Assembly (NCBI GenBank): GCA_965248925.1
Contig: CBDFLE010000005.1
Location: 1,856,001 to 1,920,000, forward strand
DNA length: 64,000 bases
Direction: 5' to 3'
DNA from: Candidatus Multivoradales bacterium
GTDB lineage: Bacteria > Acidobacteriota > Thermoanaerobaculia > Multivoradales > J023
The notes under the pieces are model-generated. The model was not told where the DNA came from, searched no databases, and saw nothing but the letters and a program-made list of their open reading frames with translations. The position numbers were made by a program, and so were the translations under genes. Shown here piece after piece: positions 49,409 through 60,466 of this stretch; the stretch's first letter is position 1; every line of letters starts with the position of its first letter.

Positions 49409-50983
49409 ATGGACTCAGACCTTTGGTATTACTCTCGCGACGGAGAAGAAAAAATAGGCCCGACTCCTGGAGACGATCTCCGGCATTGGATCGGCACCGG
49501 CCAATTGTCCCTCGAGACCCTGGTCTGGCGTCCGGACATGGACGATTGGATACCGATCCTGAACGTCGAGGAGTTCCAAGGCGCCGCCCCGCCCCTCGGC
49601 ATCAAGCAGGCCGCTGCGGAAGCGCACGGCCCGGATACCAGGCGTCTCTTCATGGTACTCAAGCAGGTTAGAGACGCTTTACCTTTGAGTCCCAAGTCCC
49701 TCCTCAACTTCTTCAGCTCAAAGTTTTTCTGGTTCGGGGTGGCGGCTCCGATCATCGTTTTCAAGATGCTCGTCGTGCCATCCATCGTCTCTCGCGCCGC
49801 GTCTTTCTTGGCCGACAGGTACGGCGTCGAGATGTCGGTCGAAGACTGGAGCGCAAACCTTCTCGATCTGAGCGCTACGGCGCACAACGCGGTCATCTCC
49901 ATTCCTGGACCCTACGCGGAGTCGGAGTTCTTGAGCGCTGAGGCGATCGAGATCGACCTCTCCCTATGGCATCGTATCGATCACAAAAAGTGGGTTCGCG
50001 ATATCCGGATCAAGGAGCCCAAAATCTATGCCGAGCGCCTGCTCTCAGGCCGTTGGAACTACCATGATCTGATGAGTGCACCGATCTCTCCACAGGTCAA
50101 TCCAGGGCCCCGGAAGAAGCTGGAGAAGGGTGAGATACAGGATCCGGAAGGGAAGTATTCTTTCTCGTTGGCGGGTGTGAGCGTCGAGCAGATGGGGCTG
50201 GAGTGGGTCGAAAATCTGCCCGGAAACTCCAAGAGTGGGATGATCCAGGAGTTGAAAACGACACTTTTCATCGACGACATTGAGGTGACCACGAAGAATC
50301 TCGTCGGCCTGGTGGACTTGAATTCTGATCGAAGAAGTCTGCTGAACCTGGAAGCCCGTACTGGCAGTGGTAAGATTTCTTTTACCGGCAGCGCCAATCT
50401 TTTCTTTTGGAAAACCTCCCAAGAGACGGCCGATGAAGTGGATTGGATGCCTGCCTTGAAAGGCGAGATCTATCTCGAGAATGTCGGCACCAATGCCTTT
50501 ACGCGCCTGATGCCAGATGCCGCGATTCTGCCCAAGGGAGGCACCCTCTCCGGTACTATTGAACTTGAATTGGAGGAGGGACAGGTCGAGTGCTATGCAC
50601 GCCTCAACCTACGCGATGCGACCTTCACCGCCAACCAAGCGTCCCGGTTTGTGTCTAACAACGCTTCCGCGATCAATGCGGACCTTTCCGGCTATCGGGC
50701 AAACGGGCAGTATCAGTTCAACTGTGGAGGTCGGCTGGGTGAAGAGACCTACCGCCCCTTCCAAGCTTTCCAGACCAACATGATCCTCCACGGTGTCGGC
50801 CAAGCCCCGAAATCGGTCCGGGTTCTGGCCGCCGTCGAACACGTTCGCTACAGTGAGGATCCGATCGATTCCAGCCTCGAGAGCGAGGTGAACAGGATCT
50901 TAGGAAACGAAGAACCAGAATGGCTCAGATGGGCCGGGCTAGCGTCTAAGGCGAGAAACTTTGGTCGCGGTAGGAGGCACTAG
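49409..50983 (+). CDS. GYF_2 (DUF4339) + TM + AsmA/DUF748-like protein
   Basis: WYYSRDGEEKIGP...TLVWRPDMDDW, a TM helix, then a beta-rich region with GRWNY. Confidence 0.72.
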   Translation: MDSDLWYYSRDGEEKIGPTPGDDLRHWIGTGQLSLETLVWRPDMDDWIPILNVEEFQGAAPPLGIKQAAAEAHGPDTRRLFMVLKQVRDALPLSPKSLLNFFSSKFFWFGVAAPIIVFKMLVVPSIVSRAASFLADRYGVEMSVEDWSANLLDLSATAHNAVISIPGPYAESEFLSAEAIEIDLSLWHRIDHKKWVRDIRIKEPKIYAERLLSGRWNYHDLMSAPISPQVNPGPRKKLEKGEIQDPEGKYSFSLAGVSVEQMGLEWVENLPGNSKSGMIQELKTTLFIDDIEVTTKNLVGLVDLNSDRRSLLNLEARTGSGKISFTGSANLFFWKTSQETADEVDWMPALKGEIYLENVGTNAFTRLMPDAAILPKGGTLSGTIELELEEGQVECYARLNLRDATFTANQASRFVSNNASAINADLSGYRANGQYQFNCGGRLGEETYRPFQAFQTNMILHGVGQAPKSVRVLAAVEHVRYSEDPIDSSLESEVNRILGNEEPEWLRWAGLASKARNFGRGRRH

Positions 50984-51134
50984 GATTGGGCAGGGCCTGG
51001 GGTTGCGATACTGCCCATCTTAGAACAGGACCGTTCGATGGCCTGGTGTTCATCAGCAATCGCGCGCACAAGAGAGCAAAAGGGCGATCCCTATCGAGCC
51101 GTATGCTCGGCGCCGCTGGAGTACAATGGGCGGC

Positions 51135-51809
51135 ATGATCAAACCCGAACTGATCCGCAGTCGCCTGGGAGTGCTGATCGCGCTGCTGCTTCTTGGCCTG
51201 TCTTTGGCTGGCGGGGTTTTCGCCGACGATACGCCACCGTCGCGTCCCGCCGCCGCCCCCACCTGAAGCGGCTGACCCGGTGAAGGAGCGCCGCTCCGGG
51301 GGAGCGGCATCGACTACGACTTCAGTTTTTCCCTGCGTTTCGTCGACACCGAGCTCGACCGACCGCGCTGGCGCTCGACGTTCCACTACCGCTTGCATCC
51401 GCGGTTGCAGCTCGGCGTCGAGGTCAACCCAGCGGCCGACGAGGTCGGGCCGCTGCTCACCTGGTTCTTGCTCACCGAGGGCGAGAGGCGGCCAGCGATG
51501 TTTCTCGGCACCAGTTCCGATCGCATCGGCTCGCCTGCCGGTGAGCAGTCGTACTTTCTGACCGTCGCCAAGCATCATCCACGGTTGCCAGTGTCAGCTT
51601 ACGCGAGCCTCAACTACTCGGAATGGGACGACGGCTTCAACGCGCCCTTCGGCGTTGAGGTCGAGTTCGGCGAGCGCTTTTCCCTGCGCCAGATGTACGA
51701 TGGTCAGCGGACTCACCTGATGCTCAACTACGCCGACCGCAGCTACGGTGTCTCGCTGCTCTGGGTCTGGCTCGAGCGCATCGGTATCGCCTTCTCGAAA
51801 CGGTTCTGA
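51135..51809 (+). CDS. Putative selenoprotein (UxxU) with signal peptide and outer-membrane beta-barrel-like domain
   Basis: One frame from ATG 51135 (or 51126) to TGA 51809, interrupted only by TGA 51264-51266 and TGA 51273-51275 (T-U-S-G-U-P). Amphipathic strands and a C-terminal Phe. Confidence 0.7.
51290..51308 (+). promoter_or_regulatory. Candidate bacterial SECIS hairpin
   Basis: GCCGCTCC-GGG-GGAGCGGC. The G-containing loop lies ~22 nt after the second TGA and ~31 nt after the first. Confidence 0.55.
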
Positions 51810-51823
51810 CTTGAGGTTCTGAG

Positions 51824-52525
51824 ATGAAGATCATCAGCAACACCTGGATCGCCCTGGCCTTCGCTGCCGTCACCGCCACCACCGCGGCGGTGGCCGAAGA
51901 AGCAATCACCGCCACCACGGCGAGCACGGCGCCCGCGGTGTGCCCAGTCTGCCGGGTGCATGAAGGAGAGACCGAAGCCGAGCCGGTCGTCGCTTCTGCC
52001 GAGCACGACGGCCATACCTACGGTTTCTGCTCGATCAAATGCCGCGACACATTCCTCGAGGCACCCGTGAGCTACCTGCCGCCGGTCTTCCCTCGACCAG
52101 CGCCTGCATTTGTTGTCCACGACCTGAACGGTGCCGAGGTCTCCTCCGACACGTTCCGCGGCAAAACGGTGCTGCTCGACTTCTGGGCTACCTGGTGCCA
52201 GCCCTGCCTCGACGACCTGCCGAAGCTGACCCGTCTGCACAACCGCTATGCCGAAGACGGTCTAGTGGTCCTCAGCCTGTCGATCGATGAGGGAGAGAAG
52301 GCAGCCCGCAAGGTCAAACGCACAATCAAACGTCGCGGCGCCAAGCATCCCGTCTACCACGATGCCACCGGCACGCCGGCCTGGGAGTCATACCAGGTAC
52401 GGGTGGTGCCGACTCAGTTCCTGGTCGACAGCAAGGGTCGGATCGTCGCCCAGTGGTCGGGGCAAACCGATCTCGCCGCGGTCGAAGCTGAGATTGCCCG
52501 CCTGCTCGCCGCCGGCACCGACTGA
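51824..52525 (+). CDS. Exported YHS-domain + TlpA-family thiol:disulfide oxidoreductase
   Basis: Signal peptide, CPVC...YGFCSIKC (YHS), LDFWATWCQPC, VPTQFLVD. Confidence 0.9.
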   Translation: MKIISNTWIALAFAAVTATTAAVAEEAITATTASTAPAVCPVCRVHEGETEAEPVVASAEHDGHTYGFCSIKCRDTFLEAPVSYLPPVFPRPAPAFVVHDLNGAEVSSDTFRGKTVLLDFWATWCQPCLDDLPKLTRLHNRYAEDGLVVLSLSIDEGEKAARKVKRTIKRRGAKHPVYHDATGTPAWESYQVRVVPTQFLVDSKGRIVAQWSGQTDLAAVEAEIARLLAAGTD

Positions 52526-52542
52526 CCAATGAGACTTGGCCG

Positions 52543-52582
52543 AAGAAAAACTACGGCGGCGAAAACCCGTGTTTCGCCGCCG
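52543..52582 (-). terminator. Intrinsic terminator of katG (possibly bidirectional)
   Basis: Stem CGGCGGCGAAA/TTTCGCCGCCG (52554-52582) followed on the minus strand by TAGTTTTTCTT. Confidence 0.75.
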
Positions 52583-52591
52583 CCGTTGCGA

Positions 52592-54901
<2,310 letters not shown>

Positions 54902-54911
54902 TCAGACAGCT

Positions 54912-55355
54912 CTACTCTCCTCCATCTGGCGCCGCTTTCTGGCACGCCGGGCAGCGCCCCCAGTAGATGACCTCCGCTTCGTCGATCTCGAAACCGTGAT
55001 CATCGTCGGCGATCAGGCAGGGCGCCACCCCGTGCGCGCAGTCGATGTCAAACGTCGTGTCGCAGCCGCGGCAGATCAGGTGATGATGATTGTCACCCAC
55101 TCGATCCTCGTACCGGGCCGCAGATCCCGCCGGTTGGATACGGCGCACCAAGTTCTTCTCGACCAGGACACCGAGGGTGTCATAGACCGCCTGGCGGGAA
55201 ATCGACCCGATCACCGCCCGGACGACATCGATCAACTCGTCGGCCCGAGCATGGGGATGAGACGACACCGCTCGCAGGATGGCCAACCGTTGAGCCGTCA
55301 CCTGCAGACCGTGCTGACGCAGGAGCTGCTCGACATCGTCTTGCATGGCGGGCAT
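54912..55355 (-). CDS. furA: Fur-family peroxide-responsive regulator (FurA/PerR-like)
   Basis: [49 protein letters not shown]. Directly upstream of katG. Confidence 0.9.
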   Translation of the reverse strand: MPAMQDDVEQLLRQHGLQVTAQRLAILRAVSSHPHARADELIDVVRAVIGSISRQAVYDTLGVLVEKNLVRRIQPAGSAARYEDRVGDNHHHLICRGCDTTFDIDCAHGVAPCLIADDDHGFEIDEAEVIYWGRCPACQKAAPDGGE

Positions 55356-55366
55356 ATGATCACGGA

Positions 55367-55385
55367 TTCTGGACTGAGTCAAGTA
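55367..55385 (-). promoter_or_regulatory. FurA-box-like operator overlapping a TTGACT -35 element
   Basis: Imperfect palindrome CTTGACT-C-AGTCCAG on the minus strand just upstream of the start, similar to the mycobacterial furA operator. Confidence 0.65.
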
Positions 55386-55685
55386 TTTGATTGAGCCTAG
55401 AATCTGGCTCGGTCTTAGCCCCGGCTCTGGGGCGCTCTGTTGGCAGCGTGGCTGTGAGCAGCGTGCGAGACGCCTAGCAGTTGCCGCGGGATTCCTCAAC
55501 GTCCCGACAACCTTTTCAGCAACGCCGAGTCTCCCCTTCCAGAGGACATTCGAGATTCACCCTGTGCTTTTCATTGCACAGGTGTCATTTCCCGAACGGC
55601 ACGACTGGACCCTAAACTATGGGATGGAGTCCAACCGATGACGTGGCAGGACCTCGACCACTGAGAACCAATAAGGAGAACCGCC

Positions 55686-56012
55686 GTGAGCGCGAAATTC
55701 GAGATCTTCAAGGGGAACGACCAGAAACACTATTTCCGCTACCTTGGCAATTCCGGATCTCAGATCTTGCGCAGCGAGGCCTACGAAGAGCGGGCAGGAG
55801 CTGTCAACGGGATCAACTCGGTCAAGGCAAACTCGCAGCGCGACTCTGCATTTCAGCGCCACACCAATCAGGCAGGGCGCTTCTACTTCAACTTGGTTGC
55901 CGGCAACCACCAGATCATTGCCACGAGCAACCCCTACCGCAATACCAGTGAAAGGACAAAGGCGATCAGCGACGTCAAGAGTCACGCCGCCAACGCCCCG
56001 ACCGAAGATTGA
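55686..56012 (+). CDS. YegP/DUF1508 tandem-domain protein
   Basis: KFEIFK...ILRSEAY...NGINSVKAN, then FYFNLVAGNHQIIATS. TAAGGAG RBS. Confidence 0.9.
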   Translation: MSAKFEIFKGNDQKHYFRYLGNSGSQILRSEAYEERAGAVNGINSVKANSQRDSAFQRHTNQAGRFYFNLVAGNHQIIATSNPYRNTSERTKAISDVKSHAANAPTED

Positions 56013-56034
56013 CCGCCGACTACGAATTCTAGGC

Positions 56035-56730
56035 ATGGGAGGTGACTTGCAAGCGCCACTGAATTCGCAAGTAGCAACCGAGTTGCTATCATCTCAAGCC
56101 TGGACTCGGGAAAAATCGTCCGAGACCACTTCGAGAAAGGGAAAGAATATCCGCTCAAGCTCGCAAGTCATCTCCGGGCAACAGCAAGTCGAGGTTCTTT
56201 TCCGGCAATACTATGGCCGGGTCAAGGGTTTTTTCCGCCGTCGCGGGTGCGATGAGGAAGAAGCCAAAGAACTTGTTCAGACGGTTTTCCTGAGAGCCTC
56301 CCGCGGGCATTCGCGACTCCGCGATCCGACGGCGGAAGCGGGTTGGATGTTCACCATCGCCGGCAACGTGTGGCGCTCTCATATTCGCGATCGGAGAGCC
56401 GAAAAACGCGACGCTACCGAAGTCGCGCTCCAGGGCATGGACGACCAGGGCGAGGGGTTGATCGCCGAGCAAGGCCTAACCACTCTTGATGAGGGCCCAT
56501 TGCACGCCTTGCTGGGCAAGGAACGTCAGCTAGAGCTGCACCGGGCGATCTCCGAGCTACCACCGCAGATGCGAGCTTGCTTGGAACTCCGGGTCGGCCA
56601 AGATCGCAAGTATCGCGAGATTGCTCAGATCCTCGGAGTCAGCGAGAGCACGGTTAAAACCCAGATCTTTCACGCCAAATTCAAGCTAAAAAAGTACCTC
56701 GTACAGGTTTTCGGCGGCAATCAAGCATGA
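56035..56730 (+). CDS. ECF sigma-70 factor
   Basis: EEAKELVQTVF, GWMFTIAGN, LPPQMRACLEL, YREIAQILGVSESTVK. Start uncertain. Confidence 0.88.
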   Translation: MGGDLQAPLNSQVATELLSSQAWTREKSSETTSRKGKNIRSSSQVISGQQQVEVLFRQYYGRVKGFFRRRGCDEEEAKELVQTVFLRASRGHSRLRDPTAEAGWMFTIAGNVWRSHIRDRRAEKRDATEVALQGMDDQGEGLIAEQGLTTLDEGPLHALLGKERQLELHRAISELPPQMRACLELRVGQDRKYREIAQILGVSESTVKTQIFHAKFKLKKYLVQVFGGNQA

Positions 56731-57530
56731 TCGACCTCAACCCGCTCCAGGCTCTATTGGCCTCGCTCTCGGAAGGCGAAAAGCGCCAGGGAAAAGCCGC
56801 GACGATCACCCTGGAGGATCTGGTTGCCTATCGTCAAGGCCAGCTCACACCGGCCAAGGCCAGAGCTGTGGAAAGAGCAATGGCGATGGATCGTCGATGG
56901 GCGGATTTGATGCTCGAGCTGGCCCACTTCGAAGAAGAGCAGACGGGCCTCCCCGAGCCCTTTCTCGGCACCGACGAGGTCGACCGGGAGTGGCGAACTC
57001 TGGAAGCCCGACTAGAGAACGCTCCCCGGCTCGACACCCGTGTTCACCGGTTCGTCAATCGCCGGCCGCTATTGTCGCTCGCCGCATCGCTGGCTGCCGG
57101 GGCCGGCCTGATGTGGCTGGTGCTGTGGAGTACGGCGGCGATCTCTCCTCTGCGGTCTGACCACCGAACCAGTGTCATCACGCTGTCACCGAGCGTCCAA
57201 GCAGAGCCATCGAAGCGCTCCACTCGCCCCGAGATCGAAAGGATCAGTCTGCCGGCAGACACCACTCAGCTTTTCTTTGAAGTCCGCCCCTCGCGGTTGA
57301 TCCGTAACGCCATCTTTAGCTACCAGATCACCCTCGGCGACAAAGTCATCCGGTACGGCGACGCCTGGAGCGAAGGCAGCCATTTCATCACCTTCTTGAT
57401 CGACCGTCGCGGCCTGGTCAATGGGGCGCGGTACCGCTTGCGGATCACCACCATGCGCGGCGAGCCGATGGTCGAAACCGAATTCGTGCTCGGGCCCAAG
57501 ACGACCTCCCACCGGGCCGACGAGAGGTAA
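56727..57530 (+). CDS. Putative anti-sigma factor (single TM, C-terminal Ig-like domain)
   Basis: ATGA overlap with the sigma gene, LVAYRQGQL anti-sigma-like N-terminus, LAASLAAG TM segment. Confidence 0.75.
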   Translation: MIDLNPLQALLASLSEGEKRQGKAATITLEDLVAYRQGQLTPAKARAVERAMAMDRRWADLMLELAHFEEEQTGLPEPFLGTDEVDREWRTLEARLENAPRLDTRVHRFVNRRPLLSLAASLAAGAGLMWLVLWSTAAISPLRSDHRTSVITLSPSVQAEPSKRSTRPEIERISLPADTTQLFFEVRPSRLIRNAIFSYQITLGDKVIRYGDAWSEGSHFITFLIDRRGLVNGARYRLRITTMRGEPMVETEFVLGPKTTSHRADER

Positions 57531-57533
57531 GAA

Positions 57534-60149
57534 GTGGCCACCCGGCAGCGATTCGGTCGATGGGCGGCACTCTCAGGACTGCTCACCCTCGGTCTGACCC
57601 TCGCCTGCGACCCACCCCGAACCGGCTACCCACCGATTCCGCCGGCAAAAGCCGCGGCACAGCCACGAGAAAACCTGCTCATCGAGCTGACGAAGGGCTT
57701 CAAGCCCTGCCGGCCGGGCAGCGTCGAGGCGCTGAAGATCCATCGCGACGCCAGGAGTGCGGGAGACGATCTACACCACCTCGCCTACCACCACGAAGCA
57801 GCCGCGGAGCGGTTGCAGGCCCTCGGCTTTCCCTGCTTGGCAGTCGACAACTTGAATCGTCAAGGTCAAGCGCTGCGAAAGCTACGAAAGGTAGATCAAG
57901 CGCGCCATCTCTACTTGCGCCAGGCCTTGCCAGAGGCCCGTTCGGCCGGATTCGTTCGCGGCGCCGCTCAGACCTTGAACAATCTAGCTGTGCTCGAGCG
58001 TGGGGGACGCAACCTGCGCCAAGCATTGGACTATTTTCAGGCTGCCTCATATCTCTTCGCTTACTTGGACGACCGCCGGCAATGGACTCTGGTGCAGCTC
58101 AACCTGGGCGAAATGGAGTTCCGGCTCGGGCGTTTAGCAGCGGCTCACGCTCGGCTCGAGTCCGCCGCCGAGCGTTTTCGCCAAGCAGCTGACGACCGCT
58201 ACCTGGCCGCGGCCCTAACCTGGCTCGGCCGCACAGAGATCGCCCTGGGGCTGACCGACTCGGATGACCGCTATCGCCGTTTGGCTATAACCCGGCTGCG
58301 CGAAGCGGTTGGGTTGCGCCGTCGAGCCGACAGCGGACCGCTAGCCCTCGGCACTTCTCTGGACGGGTTGGGAAGAGCTTTCCTGGAGGATCGTCAGTAC
58401 CGCGAGGCGGAAAGTGCTTTGCAAGAAGCTGAGCTGTTGTTCAGCTCCCTGCAGGCCGACTTCTCTACCGCCAACGTGCAGGTCAATCTGGCGGCAGTGC
58501 GGCTGGGCCAAGCACTCCCGGCCGAGGCTCTGGCGCTGGTCGACGGAGTACTCGGCCAACCGGCGCCGACGCGGCTCGGCCTGGCGGAATGGAATGTTCG
58601 CAACGAAGCCCTGCTGATCAATGCCAGGGCACAGCTCTCCCTGGGCAACCGGGACCTCGCCAGCGTGGCGCTCGGGCAGGCGATCGCCCTCTTCGAGGTC
58701 CTGCGCACTGACAACGGGAGCTTGATGGACTCAGCTCTGGCGCTTCGCAAGCCCGCTGTCGATCTCTACCTCGAATTGTTGATCGACGATCGACGGTGGC
58801 CGGAAGCCTTTGACCTCATTGAGCTTCATCGTGCCCGCAGCCTGTTGGATCGCCTGCTGTTCTCTCCCCGCGAAGTGCTGCTCAGGTCTGGTGCGCCCCA
58901 GCTGCTGGCGCAATACGAAGAACTGCGAGCCGACCTGCTCCAGCTGGCAGCGACCTTGCCGGAGCCTCGCAGCGACCCTGTGCAACACCTCGACCTTGAG
59001 CTACGACAGTTACTCCACCGGCTACTGGCAATTGAAGAAGAGATCCGCGAGAAAGCCCAGATGCGCTCAGCGACACCGCTGCGTCGTCATCAGGCTGAGG
59101 ATCTGCTCGTGCCGGGGAGCTTGTTCGTTGGCTACTGGCTGGGCGCTCAACGCAGCTGGGTCTTTATCCTTGAGCATGGGCGAGAAGATCAAGTGCTGGA
59201 ACTGTCGGTTTCCCGCAGCCTGATCGAGTCTTCTGTCGAGGAGCTGCGGCGCGAACTCGCACGCGGCAACGGCTCCTCACGGCGGGCGAAGAACGAAGCT
59301 AGCTTTCTATCTTCACGGCTCCTGGAACCAATCGCCGAACGCTTAATAGGGGCCGAGAGACTGGTGCTGCTGGTCGACGGCCCGCTCATGGCACTTCCAT
59401 ATGCGGCCCTTCCATCGCCACTCAAAGGCGACACTCTCCTGGTCGATTCGCTACCGTTGGTGAAGATCTCCTCGGTCTCGACCTTGATGGTGCTGCGCCA
59501 ACGGCAGGCGGCCCGACGGCACGAGCAGAAACACCACCTGACGATCTTCTCCGACCCGAGTTACGACCTCGAAAACTCCTGGCCGCGGATCGAGGGAACT
59601 CGCCAGGAGGCCGAGTCCATTCGCCGCTTCTTCCCCACCGACCGGGTCTATCTGGGAAGTGCTGCCAGCCGCGAGAATCTGCTGGCCGGAGTCGCCAGCG
59701 ATAGTCGGTGGATCCATATCGCCAGCCACGGCACCCTTGACGTCAACCACCCTGAGCTTTCTCGTCTGCGTTTGGCGACTCTCGACGAGCATGGCCACGC
59801 TATCGATGGCAGGCTGCACTTGACGGATCTGAACCAACTCCGGCTCTCGGCCTCGCTGGTGGTGCTTTCGGGCTGCGAAACGGCCATCGGTCAACCTCTC
59901 AGAGGCAGCGGGCCGCTGGCCTTCCCGAGTGCTTTTCTCTACGCCGGCGCGGCGGGCGTGATCGCCAGTCTGTGGCCGGTCGACGATCAGGCGACCGTCG
60001 CTCTAATGACAGAGCTCTACCGTGGCCTGGGCGCAGGTCTCGATCCACCGCGGGCTCTGCAACAAGCGCAGCGGTCGATGTCGCGGGGCAAATACTACGA
60101 CCCGGCCTACTGGGCTGCCTGGGCCTTCGTTGGTGATTGGCAAGGTTGA
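57534..60149 (+). CDS. TPR + CHAT protease, predicted lipoprotein
   Basis: Lipobox LTLAC, TPRs, DGPLMALPYAAL, HIASHG, LSGCET, SLWPVDD, YWAAW. Confidence 0.9.
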   Translation: MATRQRFGRWAALSGLLTLGLTLACDPPRTGYPPIPPAKAAAQPRENLLIELTKGFKPCRPGSVEALKIHRDARSAGDDLHHLAYHHEAAAERLQALGFPCLAVDNLNRQGQALRKLRKVDQARHLYLRQALPEARSAGFVRGAAQTLNNLAVLERGGRNLRQALDYFQAASYLFAYLDDRRQWTLVQLNLGEMEFRLGRLAAAHARLESAAERFRQAADDRYLAAALTWLGRTEIALGLTDSDDRYRRLAITRLREAVGLRRRADSGPLALGTSLDGLGRAFLEDRQYREAESALQEAELLFSSLQADFSTANVQVNLAAVRLGQALPAEALALVDGVLGQPAPTRLGLAEWNVRNEALLINARAQLSLGNRDLASVALGQAIALFEVLRTDNGSLMDSALALRKPAVDLYLELLIDDRRWPEAFDLIELHRARSLLDRLLFSPREVLLRSGAPQLLAQYEELRADLLQLAATLPEPRSDPVQHLDLELRQLLHRLLAIEEEIREKAQMRSATPLRRHQAEDLLVPGSLFVGYWLGAQRSWVFILEHGREDQVLELSVSRSLIESSVEELRRELARGNGSSRRAKNEASFLSSRLLEPIAERLIGAERLVLLVDGPLMALPYAALPSPLKGDTLLVDSLPLVKISSVSTLMVLRQRQAARRHEQKHHLTIFSDPSYDLENSWPRIEGTRQEAESIRRFFPTDRVYLGSAASRENLLAGVASDSRWIHIASHGTLDVNHPELSRLRLATLDEHGHAIDGRLHLTDLNQLRLSASLVVLSGCETAIGQPLRGSGPLAFPSAFLYAGAAGVIASLWPVDDQATVALMTELYRGLGAGLDPPRALQQAQRSMSRGKYYDPAYWAAWAFVGDWQG

Positions 60150-60263
60150 ACAACCTTTTTACCGCCGCCGCGTCTTCCCTTCATTGCACTTCGACAAGTT
60201 ACCAAGATAGACCAGCGCTAGCTCGGGCCTAGTCGGCCCATGCCAAGCCAAAGGGAGACTTCA

Positions 60264-60410
60264 ATGAGTCACGCGAAAGAATTCTGGCCGCTCTGCGACA
60301 ACCTGGGGAATTCGCCACCTGACACCGGCTCGGGTGATCCCGACGACGATGGTGGCGGAACCGACATTGCGGACGACCCCAAAGCCGGAAGCTTTGAAGG
60401 CGAGGAGTGA
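60264..60410 (+). CDS. 48-aa acidic Gly/Asp-rich peptide (not in the ORF track)
   Basis: AAGGGAG RBS, then MSHAKEFWPLCDNLGNSPPDTGSGDPDDDGGGTDIADDPKAGSFEGEE*. Confidence 0.55.
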   Translation: MSHAKEFWPLCDNLGNSPPDTGSGDPDDDGGGTDIADDPKAGSFEGEE

Positions 60411-60466
60411 ATGAAACCTGCCCCACTATCCACGGCGGATGGCGGGGTGCTGCCTCCCACTGATGC

